64,000 bases of DNA from Nitrospinaceae bacterium (lineage in GTDB: Bacteria > Nitrospinota > Nitrospinia > Nitrospinales > Nitrospinaceae): NCBI GenBank assembly GCA_965237905.1, contig OZ250172.1:1-64000 (forward strand), given 5' to 3'. Below the pieces are notes generated by a model, which worked only from the letters and a program-made list of their open reading frames with translations, did no database searches and was not told the DNA's origin. Position 1 is the stretch's first letter; each line of letters starts with the position of its first letter. Position numbers and translations under genes: made by a program. Below, one piece after another: positions 60,982 through 64,000 of the stretch.

Positions 60982-61998
60982 ATGACCACCAAAGTGGCTA
61001 TTAACGGGTTTGGGCGAATCGGTAGAAACGTCCTGAAGTGTATTCTGAAGGACAAGGAATGTTCGGATATCGAAGTCGTCGCCATCAATGACTTAACCGA
61101 TGCCGCAACCTTGGCTCATCTATTCAAGTATGATTCCGTTCAGGGGATCAATCCCCATGAGGTTCAGGGTGAAGAAGGACGCTTGTTGGTCGACGGCAAA
61201 CCGATTCAGGTCTTGTCCGTCCGAAACCCGGAAGAGTTGCCCTGGAAAAAATTGGGAATCGATGTGGTAATCGAATCCACCGGATTGTTTACCAAACGGG
61301 AAGGAGCTTCCAAACATCTTACGGCCGGCGCCAAAAAGGTGATTATTTCTGCACCCGCCACCGATCCGGATGTCACTGTGGTCCTGGGGGTCAATGAAAA
61401 AGAATATGATCCGAAGCAACACCAAATCGTCTCCAACGCTTCCTGCACCACTAACTGCCTGGCTCCATTGGCCAAGGTGTTGAACGATAAGCTGGGGATT
61501 CGCAAGGGACTGATGACCACCATCCATTCCTACACCAACGATCAGAGTATTCTGGATTTGCCGCACAAAGATTTGCGCCGCGCGCGCGCCGCTTCGTTGT
61601 CCATGATCCCCACCACGACGGGTGCGGCCAAAGCTGTTTCACTGGTTCTGCCCGAACTCAAAGGAAAGCTGGACGGGATGGCCATCCGGGTGCCCACGCC
61701 TAATGTTTCGTTGGTTGATCTGGTCGTCGAGGTGGAACGTGACACGTCGCGGGAAGAGGTTAATGAGATATTCAAACAGGTATCTGAAAATGAGCTGAAG
61801 GGAATTCTGCGTTATGAAGAAGCGCCGCTGGTTTCCGTTGACTATAACGGAGCGGAGGACTCCACCATCGTAGACGCTCCCTCGACCAAGGTGATCCAGA
61901 AAAATATGGTGAAAGTTCTCGCCTGGTATGACAACGAATGGGGCTACTCTTCCCGTACCAAGGATATATTAAAATATCTAATAAAAAAGGGTATTTAG
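60982..61998 (+). CDS. gap: Type I glyceraldehyde-3-phosphate dehydrogenase
   Basis: INGFGRIGR, SNASCTTNCL, WYDNEWGY. Confidence 0.98.
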   Translation: MTTKVAINGFGRIGRNVLKCILKDKECSDIEVVAINDLTDAATLAHLFKYDSVQGINPHEVQGEEGRLLVDGKPIQVLSVRNPEELPWKKLGIDVVIESTGLFTKREGASKHLTAGAKKVIISAPATDPDVTVVLGVNEKEYDPKQHQIVSNASCTTNCLAPLAKVLNDKLGIRKGLMTTIHSYTNDQSILDLPHKDLRRARAASLSMIPTTTGAAKAVSLVLPELKGKLDGMAIRVPTPNVSLVDLVVEVERDTSREEVNEIFKQVSENELKGILRYEEAPLVSVDYNGAEDSTIVDAPSTKVIQKNMVKVLAWYDNEWGYSSRTKDILKYLIKKGI

Positions 61999-62020
61999 GA
62001 ATATTAATATAAAGTAAAAT

Positions 62021-62776
62021 ATGAGAAAAATGCTCATTGCCGGGAACTGGAAGATGAATAAAACCGTTCCGGAATCCCTGGAATTGATCCACGCTTTGCT
62101 GGGGAAGTTGAACTCCTCTTGTTCGGCGGAAGTGGTTTTGATTCCTCCCTTCACGTCTCTATTTCCAGCGGCGGAGGCCTTGCGTGGGAGCAGTATTCAA
62201 GTGGGGGCTCAGAACCTTTCTCATTTGGCGGAGGGGGCGGTGACCGGAGAGGTGTCCGGCACCCTGTTGATATCGGTGGGATGCCGGTACGTACTCGTAG
62301 GCCACTCCGAGCGGCGAAATTTGTTTCAGGAAAATGATGCTCTGATCAATCAGAAATTGAAAACCGCTTTGTCGGAAGGCCTCCATCCTATGTTTTGTGT
62401 GGGAGAGTCCTGGGAGGAGCGGGAGGCCGGCAAAACGGGGGATACCATCGGCAGTCAATTAAAGAAAGGGTTGGACGGCCTGACTCCCTTGGAAATGAAG
62501 AAAATGACCATTGCCTACGAGCCGGTCTGGGCCATTGGCACCGGAAAAAACGCACAACCGGAACAGGCCCAGGAAATTCATGAAGCGATCCGAAGTCAAT
62601 TGAGCTCCCAGTATGAGCCGGGAATAGCCAAGGACATCAGGATTATTTACGGCGGTAGCGTGACCCCCGAGAATAGCCACTCCCTGATGGCACAACCGGA
62701 TGTCGACGGGGCGTTGGTAGGAGGAGCCAGTTTGGATGCCGATTCGTTTTATGCTATTATCAATGCCATTAAATAA
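62021..62776 (+). CDS. tpiA: Triosephosphate isomerase
   Basis: AGNWKM, GHSERR, AYEPVWAIGTG, YGGSV, LVGGASL. Confidence 0.98.
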   Translation: MRKMLIAGNWKMNKTVPESLELIHALLGKLNSSCSAEVVLIPPFTSLFPAAEALRGSSIQVGAQNLSHLAEGAVTGEVSGTLLISVGCRYVLVGHSERRNLFQENDALINQKLKTALSEGLHPMFCVGESWEEREAGKTGDTIGSQLKKGLDGLTPLEMKKMTIAYEPVWAIGTGKNAQPEQAQEIHEAIRSQLSSQYEPGIAKDIRIIYGGSVTPENSHSLMAQPDVDGALVGGASLDADSFYAIINAIK

Positions 62777-62796
62777 TCGATTTTCGGAGGATACGG

Positions 62797-63111
62797 GTGC
62801 ACACTTTTCTTAGCGTTCTGCATGTGTCAGTTGGATTATTCCTGATTCTTGTGGTTTTATTGCAGGCGGGGAAAGGGGCCGCTATGGGGGCTTCTTTGGG
62901 TTCTGCCGGCAGTCAAGCCATGTTCGGGAGCAGTGGAGCGGGTAATTTCCTCACTAAGCTCACCACCGGAGCGGCGATTATTTTTATGATCACTTCTTTA
63001 AGCTTGGCCGTTGTTTCCACCAAGAAGGATCATGATTCTGTCATTACAGAGGTTGAAGAAACAACCGAACAGAGCCTTCCCGCAGCCAAAGAAGAACTAC
63101 CCAAAGAATAA
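62797..63111 (+). CDS. secG: Preprotein translocase subunit SecG
   Basis: VLLQAGKGA...FGS.GA.NFLTK.T; canonical tpiA-secG-tRNA-Leu order. Confidence 0.95.
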   Translation: MHTFLSVLHVSVGLFLILVVLLQAGKGAAMGASLGSAGSQAMFGSSGAGNFLTKLTTGAAIIFMITSLSLAVVSTKKDHDSVITEVEETTEQSLPAAKEELPKE

Positions 63112-63123
63112 CTTTTATTTAAT

Positions 63124-63208
63124 GCCGATGTGGTGGAACTGGTAGACACGTGCGCTTGAGGGGCGTATGGGGCGACCCGTGGGAGTTCGAATCTCCCCAT
63201 CGGCACCA
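63124..63208 (+). tRNA. tRNA-Leu(GAG)
   Basis: Acceptor stem GCCGATG/CATCGGC, anticodon arm TGCGC-TT-GAG-GG-GCGTA, long variable arm, GTTCGAAT, encoded CCA. Confidence 0.97.
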
Positions 63209-63232
63209 ATTTCTTTCAGAGCTCCTTCCACC

Positions 63233-63589
63233 ATGCAGGCGACCAGCTTAGGCGAAATTTTTTCCCATCCCAGTTTCCTTACCATTTTAGCCACTATTGT
63301 GATTGTCATCGCCAACATCATGATTGGCGTCAGCATGCTCCCCAAGGACATTCGCGAAAAGCGGTATAAACTCCACCGCACCGTATACGGGACGGTCCTC
63401 GTTTCCTTCGGAGTCTTTCTGATCGTCACGCACCGATTGCTGGGCAATTCCTTATTCAATTACTTTGTCATGGCTTACTTTTTAACTGTCGTTCCTCTCA
63501 GCCGTAAATGGAATGTGACCGCGCATGCCATTATTGCTTCCGTCGGGCTGGTCCTGTTGGTTGGGGTCGCCGCATTCAGCATTTTATAG
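63233..63589 (+). CDS. Hypothetical 4-TM membrane protein
   Basis: ATG 63233 after the tRNA; four hydrophobic segments, His at several helix edges. Confidence 0.7.
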   Translation: MQATSLGEIFSHPSFLTILATIVIVIANIMIGVSMLPKDIREKRYKLHRTVYGTVLVSFGVFLIVTHRLLGNSLFNYFVMAYFLTVVPLSRKWNVTAHAIIASVGLVLLVGVAAFSIL

Positions 63590-63672
63590 AACGAAACATC
63601 CCATTTGCCTAATCTCTGGCGGATGTGCTGTAATGAGCACATAGAAACCCAATCATACCGGAAGCGAGTCTC

Positions 63673-64000
63673 ATGAAAGAATTCGATGTTATCGTACTAG
63701 GCGGCGGGACCGCAGGGATTGCCGCGGCCCAATCGGCAGTGGAGCAGGGGGTCCGGGTCGGCCTTATCGAATCAAACCGGCCGGGGGGGCATTCTCTGTT
63801 CAGGGGACAACTGCCTCTTCAGGTTGTGCACGATCGAATGGAAAAATCTAATGAACAAATATCCTTTGAAAGTCTGGTTCAGGAGGTGGATGAAAAATCT
63901 GAAAAAGTCTCAAAGGAAATTGAGGAATGTCTCAAAAGCTCCGGAGTGGAATACATAAAAGGTGAGGGCGCTTTGGCGGGGAGCAGTCAAGTGATGGTGC
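63673..64000 (+). CDS. Pyridine nucleotide-disulfide oxidoreductase family (dihydrolipoyl dehydrogenase-like), partial
   Basis: Manual translation MKEFDVIVLGGGTAGIAAA...IESNRPGGHSLFRGQLP...LKSSGVEYIKGEG; runs off the window. Confidence 0.8.
   Translation, partial: MKEFDVIVLGGGTAGIAAAQSAVEQGVRVGLIESNRPGGHSLFRGQLPLQVVHDRMEKSNEQISFESLVQEVDEKSEKVSKEIEECLKSSGVEYIKGEGALAGSSQVMV

Noticed and set aside
63167..63232. ORF extension overlapping tRNA-Leu; tRNA as an integration site
   Set aside because: The start is better placed at 63233; no integrase or tRNA 3' duplication is seen in the window.

Overview
Bacterial chromosomal window, mostly housekeeping genes, with about 50 CDS and one tRNA-Leu(GAG). 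Gene content suggests Nitrospinota or a similar lineage; this is an unverified impression. Recognisable genes: glgP divergent from a eukaryote-type UGPase, uppP, alaC-hom-thrC, trxB, addA/addB-like, moaCDE, aas, an M16 peptidase, class II aldolase, a multidomain USP, an msbA-like exporter, oleA/oleB-like, ahcY, a GAF sigma54 activator divergent from flgB-fliE, aguAB, mfd, two PPIases, tilS-ftsH-folP-pdxJ and gap-tpiA-secG-tRNA. Main findings: (1) an orphan Tsi3-like T6SS immunity lipoprotein gene between two ~115-bp copies of the msbA promoter and 5' end; (2) a USP-USP-PCP_red x3-metal-ribbon protein preceded by a candidate structured RNA; (3) a terminated flgB-fliE unit lacking flgC, with sigma54, IHF and enhancer-like sites; (4) a symmetric bidirectional leaderless promoter (uppP/protease); (5) phased operator-like repeats before an orphan secreted protein; (6) two single-base frameshifts in A-runs, probably sequencing errors. 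No CRISPR array, rRNA, transposase or integrase was seen. All family calls come from motif recognition by eye, not database searches.
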